64,000 nt of DNA from Vicinamibacterales bacterium (GCA_035633215.1 DASQFI010000033.1:25521-89520); one strand, 5' to 3'; positions 1 through 9,373 are shown, counted from the first letter of the stretch. Translations and numbers: made by a program. The notes: generated by a model from the sequence alone, not told the origin.

Positions 1-640
1 TCGCGGCCCGCACAGCGGCGCGCACCTCGGCCGGTGACGCATCCGTATTTGGAATCGTGATCGTCGCGTCGAGCGCGTAGAGCTCGAAGACGTAGTGGTG
101 CGTCGGCCCGGTGGCTGGCGCCGCCGGGCCGCGATAGTACGGCCCGCTCGCGCTGATCTGACGCATGCCGTCCGGCAGCTGCGGCCCCTGCGGCACGGCT
201 TCGGGTAGACCGGTGGCCGTCGCGGGAATGTTCCACACCAGCCAGTGCAGGACATCGTTGGTGTCGCGCAGCGGCGCGGTGTAGTCGTTGCCAGGATTAA
301 TCATCGCGTCGAGGTCGTGAACGATCAGGACGAAGCTCGCGGTGCCCTCGGGTGCGCCGGTCCATGCGAGCGGCGGTGAGACCTCGTCGCCGGCCTGCGT
401 GTGCTTCACGGGGATCTTTCCGCCGTCGGGCCAGGCCGTCGTTGAAAGCGTCATGACCTGGACGCCGCCACGGCCGCCACGGCCACGTTGTCCCGCCGGT
501 GGTTGCGCCGGCGGCGTGCCGGGCGGCTGCCCCGCCGGAATCGTCGGCGGCGGGGGCGGAGGGGGGACCTGGGCAAGCAGGCCACTCATTGGGACGAGGA
601 CGCCGAGCGCGAGAATTGTCGTGAGAGTTTGGCGTGTCAT
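1..640 (-). CDS. PEBP / YbhB-YbcL family (Raf-kinase-inhibitor-like) secreted protein, partial (C-terminus lies beyond window start)
   Basis: Translated the minus strand by hand. ATG at 640-638, signal-peptide-like N-terminus MTRQTLTTILALGVLVPMSGLLAQ, a Pro-rich linker (PPPPPPTIPAGQPPGTPPAQPPAG), then ...GPTHHYVFELYALD, the HxYxFxLYALD motif of bacterial PEBP proteins. The frame is open to nt 1. It is absent from the ORF track because the window edge truncates it. Confidence 0.6.
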   Translation of the reverse strand, partial: MTRQTLTTILALGVLVPMSGLLAQVPPPPPPPTIPAGQPPGTPPAQPPAGQRGRGGRGGVQVMTLSTTAWPDGGKIPVKHTQAGDEVSPPLAWTGAPEGTASFVLIVHDLDAMINPGNDYTAPLRDTNDVLHWLVWNIPATATGLPEAVPQGPQLPDGMRQISASGPYYRGPAAPATGPTHHYVFELYALDATITIPNTDASPAEVRAAVRAA

Positions 641-746
641 GACAAAAGCTCTTGTCGGCCGGAGGCTAACGCCCCGGCCCTCCAGCTGTCGGCAGGTCTG
701 ACGCCGAACGGGTTGCCAGAATTGAAGTCGTGGACGACAACTGCAT

Positions 747-1595
747 CTATCTAAACGTCGCAGGCTGCTTCTTGCGCCACTCGTCGTAGCGCACGCGGAG
801 CGTTTTCACGGGATTCAGATTCTCGCCGGGCTTGATGGCGCCAGGACCGCGGTCCGTGCCCGTTTGGGTCGGCTGCGCGACCGTGATGTACATCGCGTAC
901 TTGCCGTTGTTGTGCGAGTCGCCGCTCGTGTCGTTCGGCTCGGCGAGCAGGATGTAGGCGATGTGCGAGGTCTTGCCGTCGCAGGCGTTGACCGGCTTGC
1001 TGCCGTCGGCGGGGAGCGGCGGACACACGCAGCGGCTGTCGCCGCCCGTCGCGTCGGCGGCTTCCATCGCGGCCATCACGCGGTCGGTGATCGCGCCTTT
1101 CGTCGCAAGAAATGCTTTGACGGCGTTCGGCACGACCTGACCCGGCCGCAGGATGTTGCCCTGGATCGAGTAGTAGATTTCCGTGCCGGGCACTTGTCCC
1201 TGAATGTCTTGCGAGACATAGCCGTTCGAGAGTCCCGAGTGTCCGGCGCTTCGACCCTGCAGATCGAGGATGCCAAACTGGCGCGACTGGAACGCGGGAT
1301 CCTCGCTCAGCAGGTCGATGACTCGCCTGGGATCGGTGCCCTTCTGGAGCTCGGCGAATACGAGCATCTGGTTCGCCTTTGTCCGATCGACCCCGGCCTG
1401 ACAGGCGGCGACGCCCTTGCCTGGAACGACGACGGCCTGAACGCCCATGAGGAACTGATCGTCGCTGTTGACGCAGGTCGCCGACGCAATCACCACGCGG
1501 CCCGTGCTCTTGTCCACGGCAATCACCGACCAGGTGGCCGACGCGGTCGACGGCACGAGAAGGCTCAACGCGAGAAGAACAGCTGGCTTGCGCAT
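747..1595 (-). CDS. DUF1028-family Ntn-hydrolase-like secreted protein
   Basis: ORF 747..1766 trimmed to the internal Met at 1595. This gives the signal peptide MRKPAVLLALSLLVPSTASA followed directly by TWSVIAVD, which matches the N-terminal T-F-S-I-V-A nucleophile motif of DUF1028. The upstream 57 codons of the track ORF have no start context and look like a read-through extension. Confidence 0.6.
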   Translation of the reverse strand: MRKPAVLLALSLLVPSTASATWSVIAVDKSTGRVVIASATCVNSDDQFLMGVQAVVVPGKGVAACQAGVDRTKANQMLVFAELQKGTDPRRVIDLLSEDPAFQSRQFGILDLQGRSAGHSGLSNGYVSQDIQGQVPGTEIYYSIQGNILRPGQVVPNAVKAFLATKGAITDRVMAAMEAADATGGDSRCVCPPLPADGSKPVNACDGKTSHIAYILLAEPNDTSGDSHNNGKYAMYITVAQPTQTGTDRGPGAIKPGENLNPVKTLRVRYDEWRKKQPATFR

Positions 1596-1792
1596 GGGCG
1601 GATTATAAAGGGGACGGGAGTCGATTGTGGAAAACTCCCGGGACGCGGTCGAAGGGATGTCCCTGGAGTTTTCCACAATCGACTCCCGTCCCCTTACCTC
1701 GATTTCACACCGTCGTAGCGGCGTCATCACATCGGGTTCGTACGTTCTCAGGCACTGATTGTTCACCGTCTGCCTGACCCGAGGAGCCCCAC

Positions 1793-2269
1793 GTGATGCC
1801 GTTTCGTGCCGCCGCGCTGACCTTCTTTCTGGTATTCCAAGTCGCGTATCTCACCTCGGACGTGTCGGGCCAGCGGCCGATGGCGGGACCGAATGGCAAC
1901 GGGCACTTCAGCTTCGCCCTCATCGGCGACATCCCGTACGGTTCCGAAGGTGACCTGAAGTTCCCGAGAGTCATCGCCGACATCAACGCGGATCGCTCGC
2001 TGTCGTTCATCGTACACGACGGCGACTTCAAGAACGGCAGTTCGTTCTGCAGCGACGCGGTGTTCCAGAACCGGCTGGCGCTGTTTAACAGTTTCGACGC
2101 GCCGCTCGTCTACGTGCCGGGCGACAACGAGTGGACCGATTGCCATCGCACCAACAACGGCCCGTTCGATCCGATCGAGCGCCTGCAGTATCTGCGGGCG
2201 CTCTTCTTCCCGAACGGTCTTCGATCAGCGGATCGTCACGGCCAACCTCGTCCCGCAGCGATAAAGACC
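1793..2269 (+). pseudogene. 5' fragment of a calcineurin-like metallophosphoesterase, truncated where mgtE begins on the opposite strand
   Basis: The first 150 codons of ORF 1793..2683 carry motifs I-III of the calcineurin-like phosphoesterase fold (GDIPYG, VHDGDFKNG, YVPGDNEW) after a hydrophobic N-terminus. Motifs IV-VI are absent. From 2270 the frame is merely the antisense of intact mgtE, so at most 159 codons can be real. Confidence 0.45.
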
Positions 2270-3697
2270 TCAGAGCACCAGACGCGCGAGCCCGAGGAAC
2301 AGCAGGAACCCCATCCCATCGGTGATGAACGTCAGCATCACGCTCGATCCGTATGCCGGATCGCGGCCCACGTGGTGGAGAACCAGCGGGACGGCGACGC
2401 CGGCGAGCGCGGCGACGAGAAGATTCAAGATCACCGCCGCCATCATCACCGCGCCCAGCGCGACGTTGTGGTAGATCGCGATCGCGAGCAGGCCGAGCAC
2501 GCCTCCCCACACCGCCCCGTTGACGACGCCCACCGTGACTTCCTTGCGCGCGAGGCGCAGTCGACTGCCGTGCAGTTGATCGAGCGCGAGCGCTCGTGTC
2601 ACGAGCGCGACCGTCTGGTTGCCGGTGTTGCCGCCGAGGCTGGCGACGATCGGCATGAGCGCCGCGAGCGCGAGGACGCGTGAGATCGTGCCTTCGAACA
2701 AGCCGATCACGCGCGACGCGGCAAACGCCGTGATCAGGTTGAGGCAGAGCCAGGGCCAGCGGTTGCGGAACGACTGCGCGACGGTCGCAAACAGGTCCTC
2801 CGCGCCGCGAAGACCCGCGCGCGCGAGGGCGTCCTGGTCGGACGACACCCGCACGTAGTCGAGGACCGCGTCGATCGTCACGCGGCCCACCAGCTTGCCG
2901 AGCCCGTCGACCACCGGCGCCGAGACGAGGTCGTATCGCTCGAACGCTTTCGCGGCGTGCCCCGCGGGCTCGTCCGGCGTGAACGCCGCGATGTCGACCA
3001 GCATGACCTCGCCCAGCCGCGTGTCCGGCTCGGATCGGAGCAGGACGTGGAACGGCACGCTGCCCCGGAGCACGTTCCGCACGTCGACGACGAACAGCCG
3101 ATCCGTCTGGTCAGGCAGATCGGGACGCGCTCGCAGGGTCTCGATGGCGTCGCCGACGCGCTGATCTTCGCGGATGGCGATCGCATCCGGTGACATCAGC
3201 CGGCCGACCGAGTCTTCCGGAAACCCTCGCGTGTCGGCCATCCATGACTGGTCTCGCGTTTGCAACCGCGCCGCCATCTCCGCCAGGACATCGTCAGGCA
3301 GCGACTCGGCAAGGTAGCCGAGATCGTCGCCGTCGAGCTCGGCCAGCGCCTCGACCAGCTCCGACCGCTCGAGCGCGTCGACGATCCACGTTCGGAGGTC
3401 CGTGCTGAGCTCCACGAGCGTGAGCCCGGCCTCGCGACGCGGCAGCTGTCGCCAGACGACCAGCCGGTCGTCCGGGGGCAGGGACTCGAGAATGGCCGCC
3501 AGGTCGGCCGGGTGCACCCCGCGCACGTGTTTCTGGAGCGCGGCGAGGTTCTCGCGACGCTGCATCTGCTCGAGCAGATCGCGTTTCGACGTCGCCTGTC
3601 GCGTCGCGAGCGTCGTCAGTACGCGCTGTCGATCGAGTAGTTGTCGGATTTCCTCGGTCCGGGCCTGGACGTCTGCGGCGGAGCGAACGATGGCCAT
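2270..3697 (-). CDS. mgtE: Magnesium transporter MgtE (N-domain, CBS pair, C-terminal TM domain)
   Basis: 475-aa ORF. Typical MgtE N-terminus (DLLEQMQRRENLAALQKHVRGVHPADLAAILESLPPDDRLVVWRQLP), CBS region and hydrophobic C-terminal channel domain ending ...FITDGMGFLLFLGLARLVL. Confidence 0.93.
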   Translation of the reverse strand: MAIVRSAADVQARTEEIRQLLDRQRVLTTLATRQATSKRDLLEQMQRRENLAALQKHVRGVHPADLAAILESLPPDDRLVVWRQLPRREAGLTLVELSTDLRTWIVDALERSELVEALAELDGDDLGYLAESLPDDVLAEMAARLQTRDQSWMADTRGFPEDSVGRLMSPDAIAIREDQRVGDAIETLRARPDLPDQTDRLFVVDVRNVLRGSVPFHVLLRSEPDTRLGEVMLVDIAAFTPDEPAGHAAKAFERYDLVSAPVVDGLGKLVGRVTIDAVLDYVRVSSDQDALARAGLRGAEDLFATVAQSFRNRWPWLCLNLITAFAASRVIGLFEGTISRVLALAALMPIVASLGGNTGNQTVALVTRALALDQLHGSRLRLARKEVTVGVVNGAVWGGVLGLLAIAIYHNVALGAVMMAAVILNLLVAALAGVAVPLVLHHVGRDPAYGSSVMLTFITDGMGFLLFLGLARLVL

Positions 3698-3717
3698 GGT
3701 CAGACCTTACCGCCAAT

Positions 3718-3844
3718 GGTTGAGTTATTGAGTTATTGGGTTATTGGGTTATTGGGCTATTGGGCTATTGGGCTATTGGAAACCTTTCAGACACTGAAAG
3801 GCCTTCAATAGCCCGATAACGCCATAACTCAATAACCCAATAGC
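3718..3844. repeat. Imperfect long palindrome: about 7 tandem GTTATTGG-like octamers, central hairpin CCTTTCAGACACTGAAAGG, then the reverse-complement octamers (CAATAGCC...)
   Basis: Read directly from the sequence: ttgagttattgagttattgggttattgggttattgggctattgggctattgggctattgg aaacctttcagacactgaaaggccttc aatagcccgataacgccataactcaataacccaatagc. It lies in the divergent region between the mgtE start (3697) and the ADOP permease start (3886). Confidence 0.85.
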
Positions 3845-3885
3845 TCCCCGCGAACCCCGTCCCCTGAATCCGAGTCTAATCCGCT

Positions 3886-6348
3886 ATGTTCGAAGCCTTC
3901 TTCAAGGATCTGAAGCAATCCCTGCGCATGTTCGTGCAGAACCCGGCGTTTTCGCTCGCGGCGCTCGCGGCGCTCACGCTGGGCATTGGGGCGAACACGG
4001 CGATTTTCTCGGTGGTGAACGCCGTCCTCCTGCGGCCGGCGGCATTTCCCGATCCGGATCGCGTCGTGGTCTTCATGAATACCTCCCCGCAGAACATGTC
4101 GCCTGCCGCGTCCCCGGCGAAGTTCCAGCACTGGCGCCAGCAATCGTCTGTCGTGCAGGACGTCACCGCCTTCAACACCGGCGTCGTCAACTACACGGGC
4201 GGCACCTTTCCAGAGCAGCTGCGATCGGCGCGCGTATCTGCCGACTTCTTCCGGCTGTTTGGCGCCCCCATCGTCCAGGGCCGTCCATTCGCGCCCGCGG
4301 AGGACCTGCCGCTCGGGCCGAAGGTCGTCGTGCTGAGTCATGGGCTGTGGGCGAGCCGGTTCGGATCGGACCGCGGCGTGATCGGGAAGTCGATCTCGCT
4401 CAGCGGCGAGCCGTATGAGGTCGTCGGCGTGCTGGGCGAGTTCGACTTCCGCGAGTTTGGTCCGGAGCCCCAGGTCTGGATTCCGTTCCAGCTCGATCCG
4501 AACACGTCCGATCAGGGTCACTACTTTCAGGTCACGGGGCGTGTGAAGCCTGGCGTGACGATGGACCAGGCGAAAGCGAAGGTGGCCGCGTCGGCCACGG
4601 ACTACCGGACGCGGTTTCCGAATGCGATTCCGCCACAGAACGGGTTCAGCGTGCAGCCCGTGCGGGAAGCGCTCGCGCGCAACGTCCGCACGACGCTGCT
4701 CGTGCTCCTCGGCGCCGTGAGCTTCGTGCTCCTCATCGCCTGCGCGAACGTGGCGAATCTGTTGCTCGTGCGCGCGGCAGGCCGCCGGCGCGAGGTCGCG
4801 ATCCGCGCGGCGATTGGCGGATCGCGGGCGCGCATCATCCGGCAGCTGCTGACCGAAAGCGTCGTGCTGTCGGTCGCGGGCGGCATGCTCGGGCTCGGCC
4901 TGGGATGGCTCGGCATTCGCGCGCTGCTCGGCATCAACACCGCCGGACTGCCCCGCGTTGGCGACGACGGCATGCTCGTCGGGATGGACTGGCGCGTACT
5001 CGCGTTCACGATGGCGGTCTCAATCGGCACCGGCATCCTCTTTGGTCTCATCCCCGCGCTGCAGAGCTCGAAGATCGATTTGGCGACGACGCTCAAAGAC
5101 GCAGGCGGGCGATCGGGAACCGGGTCGAAACAGAACCGCACCCGCGCCATTCTCGTGGTCGTCGAAGTGGCGCTGGCGCTCGTCCTGCTCGTCGGATCGG
5201 CGCTGTTGATTCGAACCTCGGTCGCGCTCACGCGCGTCGATCCCGGCTTCGACGTCCACAACGTGCTGACGATGCGGATGTCCCTCACGGGGAAGGAATT
5301 CGAGAAGGCCGAAACGGTCGAGCAGCTCATCAGGACCGGCGTCGATCGGCTGCGCGCGCTGCCCGGCGTCGTGAGCGCCAGCGCGACGTGCTGCGTGCCG
5401 CTGCAAGGCGGCTACGGTTTGCCGTTCATCATCGCTGGCCGGCCGCTCACCGACGGCCCGTTTCACGGCGGCGGAGGCTGGACGACGATTTCGCCGGGAT
5501 ACTTCGAGGTCTTCAAGATCCCGATCAAGCGCGGCCGCACGTTCACCGACCGCGACAACAGCAGCGCGCCGCCCGTGGTGGTGATCAACGAGACCATGGC
5601 GCGCCAGTTCTGGCGGGAGGGTGACCCGCTGAATGATCGCCTGGTCATCGGACGCGGCGTCATGCGCGAGTTCGCGGCCGAATCAGAGCGGCAGATCATC
5701 GGGATCGTCGCCGACACGCGCGATGCCGGGCTCCGAGGCGATCCGCAGCCGCAGATGTTCATTCCGCAGGCACAGGTACCCGACGCAGCCAACGCGCTCA
5801 ACGTCCGGTTGACGCCGATGGCGTGGGTCGTGCGCACGCAGAGCGATCCGCAGACCCTCAGCCAGCCGATCCAGGAGCAGCTGCGTCAGGCAACGGGCCT
5901 GCCGGTGGCCAACGTCCGGTCGATGGAAGAAGTCATGTCGCGGTCGACATCGCGCGAGCAATTCAACATGTGGCTCATGTCGATCTTCGGCGGCTCGGCG
6001 CTGCTCCTGGCGGCGATCGGGATCTACGGGCTGATGGCGTATTCGGTCCAGCAGCGCACGCAGGAGATCGGCATCCGGCTCGCGCTCGGCGCGCAGGGCG
6101 GGCAGCTCGAGAAGATGGTCGTGTGGCAGGGCCTGAAGCTCACGATTATCGGCGTGGCGATCGGCCTGGCCGCCTCGTTCGCCCTGGCGCGTTACATCTC
6201 GACGCTGCTCTTCGGCGTCACGCAGCGCGATCCTCTCGTCTTCGTCGGCGTCCCCGTGTTGCTCACGATTGTGGCGGTACTCGCTGTCTGGATCCCGGCG
6301 CGCCGCGCGGGTCGCGTTGATCCAGTTATCGCATTGCGCGACGCGTAA
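3886..6348 (+). CDS. FtsX/MacB-like ABC transporter permease, ADOP-type duplicated permease
   Basis: 820 aa. N-terminus MFEAFFKDLKQSLRMFVQNPAFSLAALAALTLGIGANTAIFSVVNAVLLRP is typical of MacB/ADOP permeases. It has two FtsX 4-TM modules separated by large periplasmic domains, and a C-terminus ...RRAGRVDPVIALRDA. Confidence 0.9.
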   Translation: MFEAFFKDLKQSLRMFVQNPAFSLAALAALTLGIGANTAIFSVVNAVLLRPAAFPDPDRVVVFMNTSPQNMSPAASPAKFQHWRQQSSVVQDVTAFNTGVVNYTGGTFPEQLRSARVSADFFRLFGAPIVQGRPFAPAEDLPLGPKVVVLSHGLWASRFGSDRGVIGKSISLSGEPYEVVGVLGEFDFREFGPEPQVWIPFQLDPNTSDQGHYFQVTGRVKPGVTMDQAKAKVAASATDYRTRFPNAIPPQNGFSVQPVREALARNVRTTLLVLLGAVSFVLLIACANVANLLLVRAAGRRREVAIRAAIGGSRARIIRQLLTESVVLSVAGGMLGLGLGWLGIRALLGINTAGLPRVGDDGMLVGMDWRVLAFTMAVSIGTGILFGLIPALQSSKIDLATTLKDAGGRSGTGSKQNRTRAILVVVEVALALVLLVGSALLIRTSVALTRVDPGFDVHNVLTMRMSLTGKEFEKAETVEQLIRTGVDRLRALPGVVSASATCCVPLQGGYGLPFIIAGRPLTDGPFHGGGGWTTISPGYFEVFKIPIKRGRTFTDRDNSSAPPVVVINETMARQFWREGDPLNDRLVIGRGVMREFAAESERQIIGIVADTRDAGLRGDPQPQMFIPQAQVPDAANALNVRLTPMAWVVRTQSDPQTLSQPIQEQLRQATGLPVANVRSMEEVMSRSTSREQFNMWLMSIFGGSALLLAAIGIYGLMAYSVQQRTQEIGIRLALGAQGGQLEKMVVWQGLKLTIIGVAIGLAASFALARYISTLLFGVTQRDPLVFVGVPVLLTIVAVLAVWIPARRAGRVDPVIALRDA

Positions 6349-6376
6349 CTCATCGGCAACTTCGCGTCGGCTCGCC

Positions 6377-6416
6377 TTGGGCCCTGGGCCTTTTGGCCTG
6401 GGCCTCAGGCCTCTCA
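6377..6416. repeat. Tandem octamer array (TGGGCCTT-like, 5 units) downstream of ADOP permease
   Basis: ttgggccc tgggcctt ttggcctg ggcctcag gcctctca read directly; it is partly self-complementary (ggcctgagg/cctcaggcc). Confidence 0.7.
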
Positions 6417-6451
6417 CGCGGAAATTCATGTAGGCTTGGATCGGAGCCTAT

Positions 6452-7408
6452 ATGTCTGCTGTCAGCGTGCTGATGTCCACCGTGCTCGTACTCTCTCTGG
6501 CAGTGTCGTGGCAAACGATCCCGCCACCCGGCCAGACGGCGACTCCCCCGCCAAAACCGCAAACACCGCCGCCGACGCAGACGGTTCCGCCGCCCAAGCC
6601 GCAGAATCCGCCACCGGCGCAGCAGACTCCCCCGCCCAAGCCGCAGACGCCGCCCACGACGACGCAACCGCCGCCGGCTCCGAAGCCGCAGACGACCGCG
6701 AGGCCGCCTTCGAGCGCCTCGAACAGGCCAGGCGTGCTCGAGCTTTCAGTGACGACGATGGTCGGCATGACCATTCCGAATGCGACAGTGAGGGCCGAAG
6801 GTCCCACGACCCGGATGGGCACAACCGGCCCGGACGGACGCATCGCCTTTGACAATATGACGGCCGGCACGTATCGCGTTCGCATCGAGCGCGAGTCGTT
6901 CATCACGCTCGAAAAGGAGATCGCGGTGTGGGCAGGCGGCCGAACGCCGGCGCAGGCCGTGCTGTCGGCAGGGATGGCGACGACGGCCGCTCCGGCACCC
7001 CCGCCGCCCGCGGCGGCGCCGCCACCCGCGTCCAGCGTCGCCGCGCCCAGCGTCGCCGCGCCCGTCTTCAAGCCGGGAGAGCCGCGCATCCTGTCACTCA
7101 CGGACATCGCCGAACAGCTGCTGCGTGAGACGGACCCGATCGCCGAACGCGCTCTTGGCTGCTCGGGCGCCACCGCGAGCCGATTGATCCGGGTGCGCGA
7201 GTCCCTCGCGTCGCATACGCATGCGGACGCCGACGAGATGCTCTACATCGTCGCCGGCGACGCGACGCTGAAGCTGGGCGACAAGGAACAGAACATCGCG
7301 CCGGGATGGTTCAGCGTCGTGCCTCGAGGGATGGCGCACACGATCACGAGGAGAGGACGGAATCCGCTTCTGATCCTGTCGTCGATATCGGGACCTGCCT
7401 GTCAGTAA
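6452..7408 (+). CDS. Membrane-anchored protein: N-terminal TM/signal, Pro-rich PPPKPQ repeats, carboxypeptidase-regulatory-like domain, C-terminal cupin
   Basis: MSAVSVLMSTVLVLSLAVS hydrophobic start. Low-complexity PPPKPQTPPP repeats (tandem at DNA level 6540-6700). TTGPDGRIAFDNMTAGTYRVRIERESF resembles a CarbopepD_reg domain. The cupin motifs are HTHADADEMLYIVAGD (HxHx4E) and PRGMAH (PxGxxH). Confidence 0.6.
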   Translation: MSAVSVLMSTVLVLSLAVSWQTIPPPGQTATPPPKPQTPPPTQTVPPPKPQNPPPAQQTPPPKPQTPPTTTQPPPAPKPQTTARPPSSASNRPGVLELSVTTMVGMTIPNATVRAEGPTTRMGTTGPDGRIAFDNMTAGTYRVRIERESFITLEKEIAVWAGGRTPAQAVLSAGMATTAAPAPPPPAAAPPPASSVAAPSVAAPVFKPGEPRILSLTDIAEQLLRETDPIAERALGCSGATASRLIRVRESLASHTHADADEMLYIVAGDATLKLGDKEQNIAPGWFSVVPRGMAHTITRRGRNPLLILSSISGPACQ

Positions 7409-7509
7409 GGGGAACGGCGCCGGTCACGGCCGGAGGCGCGGCAGCCCTTTGTCGATCTCCCTACCTCCCAAACGACTATCTGGTGAACGTCAATCTGGAG
7501 GTACGCGAC

Positions 7510-7860
7510 ATGCGCTATCTGTGTTTGATTTATGACGAGGAAGGCAAGTGGGGCACGATGCCCAAGGCCGAAGCCGACGCGATGATGGGCGAATACTTCA
7601 GCTTCACGGAAAGCATCAAGACGAGCGGCCACCACCTCGGCGGCGAGGCGCTCCAGCCGACCCAGGCGGCGACGACCGTCCGGGTGCGGCAGGGCAAAGT
7701 CTCCTCGACCGACGGCCCCTTTGCCGAGACGAAGGAACAGCTCGGCGGCTACTACCTCATCAACGCGCGAGACCTGAACGACGCCATCCAGGTCGCATCG
7801 CGTATCCCGTCGGCGCGGACGGGCTCCATCGAGGTCCGGCCAATCATGGAATTCTCATGA
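7510..7860 (+). CDS. YciI-like (YCII-related) small protein, partner of the downstream ECF sigma factor
   Basis: Internal Met of ORF 7306..7860 with a strong SD (ggagg 10 nt upstream). Product MRYLCLIYDEEGKWGTMPKAEADAMMGEYFSFTESIKTSGHHLGGEALQP... is typical of YciI-like proteins. The upstream 68 codons have no gene-like features. Confidence 0.75.
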   Translation: MRYLCLIYDEEGKWGTMPKAEADAMMGEYFSFTESIKTSGHHLGGEALQPTQAATTVRVRQGKVSSTDGPFAETKEQLGGYYLINARDLNDAIQVASRIPSARTGSIEVRPIMEFS

Positions 7861-7861
7861 C

Positions 7862-7940
7862 GATGAAGGGCATGAAGGGGTGAAGAACATGAAGACAAGC
7901 GCTTGTCTTCAAGACCTTCACCCCTTCATGTCCTTCATGG
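7862..7940. repeat. Imperfect 38-bp-arm palindrome built from CATGAAGG octamers, overlapping the start of the sigma-factor gene
   Basis: gatgaagggcatgaaggggtgaagaacatgaagacaagc | gcttgtcttcaagaccttcaccccttcatgtccttcatgg. The arms are about 85 percent complementary and the centre is acaagcgcttgt. Confidence 0.8.
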
Positions 7941-9162
7941 ATCAGATCGAGGCGCTGTACCGGTCGGACTCGCGGAGAGTTCTCGCGACGTTGATCCGTC
8001 TCCTCGGCGACTTCGATCTTGCCGAGGAGGCGCTTCACGACGCGTTCACGGCCGCGGTGGACCGGTGCCTGAGGACGGACTGCCGGACAACCCGGTCGCC
8101 TGGCTGATTTCGACCGGACGGTTCAAGGCGATCGATCGTCTGCGTCGGGGCGCGCGGTTCAATGCGGCGCTGGCCGCCGTGGCCGAGCAGGTCGAGGCCA
8201 GTGTGCCGCCAGCCGCAGACACGACTGACGATGGAGTCGAGGACGACCGGCTTCGTCTCATTTTCACCTGTTGTCATCCCGCACTCACGCCTGACGCGCG
8301 TATCGCGCTCACGCTTCGCGAAGTGTGCGGACTCGAGACCGAGCAAATCGCCCGCGCGTTTCTCACCTCAGCGCCGACGCTCGCGCAGCGGATCGTGCGG
8401 GCGAAGGGAAAGATTCGCGATGCGCGGATTCCGTACCAGGTGCCCTCGCTCGTCGACCTGCCAGATCGACTCGACGCCGTCCTGCACGTGATCTATCTCG
8501 TGTTCAACGAGGGCTACGCGGCGACGTCGGGCGAGTCCCTGACGCGGCCCGATCTGTCGGCCGAAGCCATCCGATTGGGCCGGCTGCTCATGGAGCTGTT
8601 GCCGGAACCGGAAGCCATCGGACTCGTCGCGCTGATGCTGCTGCACGACGCCCGGCGCGCGGCACGGACGTCGCCCGGCGGCGAGTTGATTCTTCTCGAC
8701 GATCAGGACCGCGCGCTCTGGAACCGCCAGCAGATCGAGGAGGGACGCGCCTTGGTCGAGCGGGCGCTGTCGTCGCGCCGCTTCGGACCGTACACCCTGC
8801 AAGCGGCGATTGCGGCCGTGCACGCCGAGGCGCGGCACGCGGGTGCGACCGACTGGCGGCAGATTGCCGGTCTGTACGACGTCCTTCTCCGCGCGGAGCC
8901 GTCGCCGATCGTCGAGCTCAACCGCGCCGCGGCGATCGCGATGCGCGACGGGCCCGAGGCGGGCCTCGCGTTGATCGACGCGCTCCTCGCGCGCGGCGAG
9001 CTCACCGACTATGGGCTTGCGCATTCGGCGCGGGCGGATCTGTGCAGGCGTCTCGGGCGCACCGCCGACGCGCTCGCGTCGTACGAGCGCGCGCTCGCGC
9101 TCACCAGCCAGGCGCCGCAGCGGCGCTTTCTCGAGCGCCGGATCGGAGAATTGCATTTGTAG
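7928..9162 (+). CDS. ECF sigma factor with C-terminal DUF6596/TPR-like extension (ECF56-like), interrupted by an apparent 1-nt deletion near 8067
   Basis: Regions 2.1-2.2 (MSFMDQIEALYRSDSRRVLATLIRLLGDFDLAEEALHDAFTAAVDR) sit in the frame of ORF 7880..8107. The continuation (PEDGLPDNPVAWLISTGRFKAIDRLRRGARF..., region 4 and a long C-terminal extension) sits in the frame of ORF 7903..9162. The expected ...GAC CGG TGG CCT GAG... reads gaccggtgcctgag, so one g is missing between 8067 and 8068. Start at 7928 or 7937. Confidence 0.75.
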
Positions 9163-9373
9163 GCCGGCCACTCCTGCCCCTTCAGCCCGGACGGCTGCAG
9201 AAGTCTGGAAGCCCGGAAGCTCGGTCTTCCTCGATTCGCATTATTTCGTCCTCGCTAGAGGTCAGGCGCGAACCTCGACGGGGGATTTCCCTCAAATCCA
9301 ACCGAGATCTTCAGGACCCAATCTGGCATCCGCATTGCTCAACCTACATCTCGAAAGAGATCGAGGTGTGACC

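Noticed and set aside
342-754. Track ORFs 342..701 and 488..754 (+), Gly/Pro/Arg-rich products
   Set aside because: They lie antisense to the manually found PEBP gene (1-640, minus). Their low-complexity GC-frame translations carry no domain signature. High-GC DNA yields long spurious ORFs on the opposite strand.
864-1718. 284-aa plus-strand ORF
   Set aside because: It is entirely antisense to the DUF1028 gene and has an Arg/Val/Gly-rich composition typical of shadow ORFs in high-GC genomes.
4602-6429. Several 150-250-aa ORFs on both strands inside the ADOP permease gene (4602..5330, 4905..5624, 5683..6429 and others)
   Set aside because: They are shadow or alternative-frame ORFs within a well-supported 820-aa permease gene. 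No motifs.
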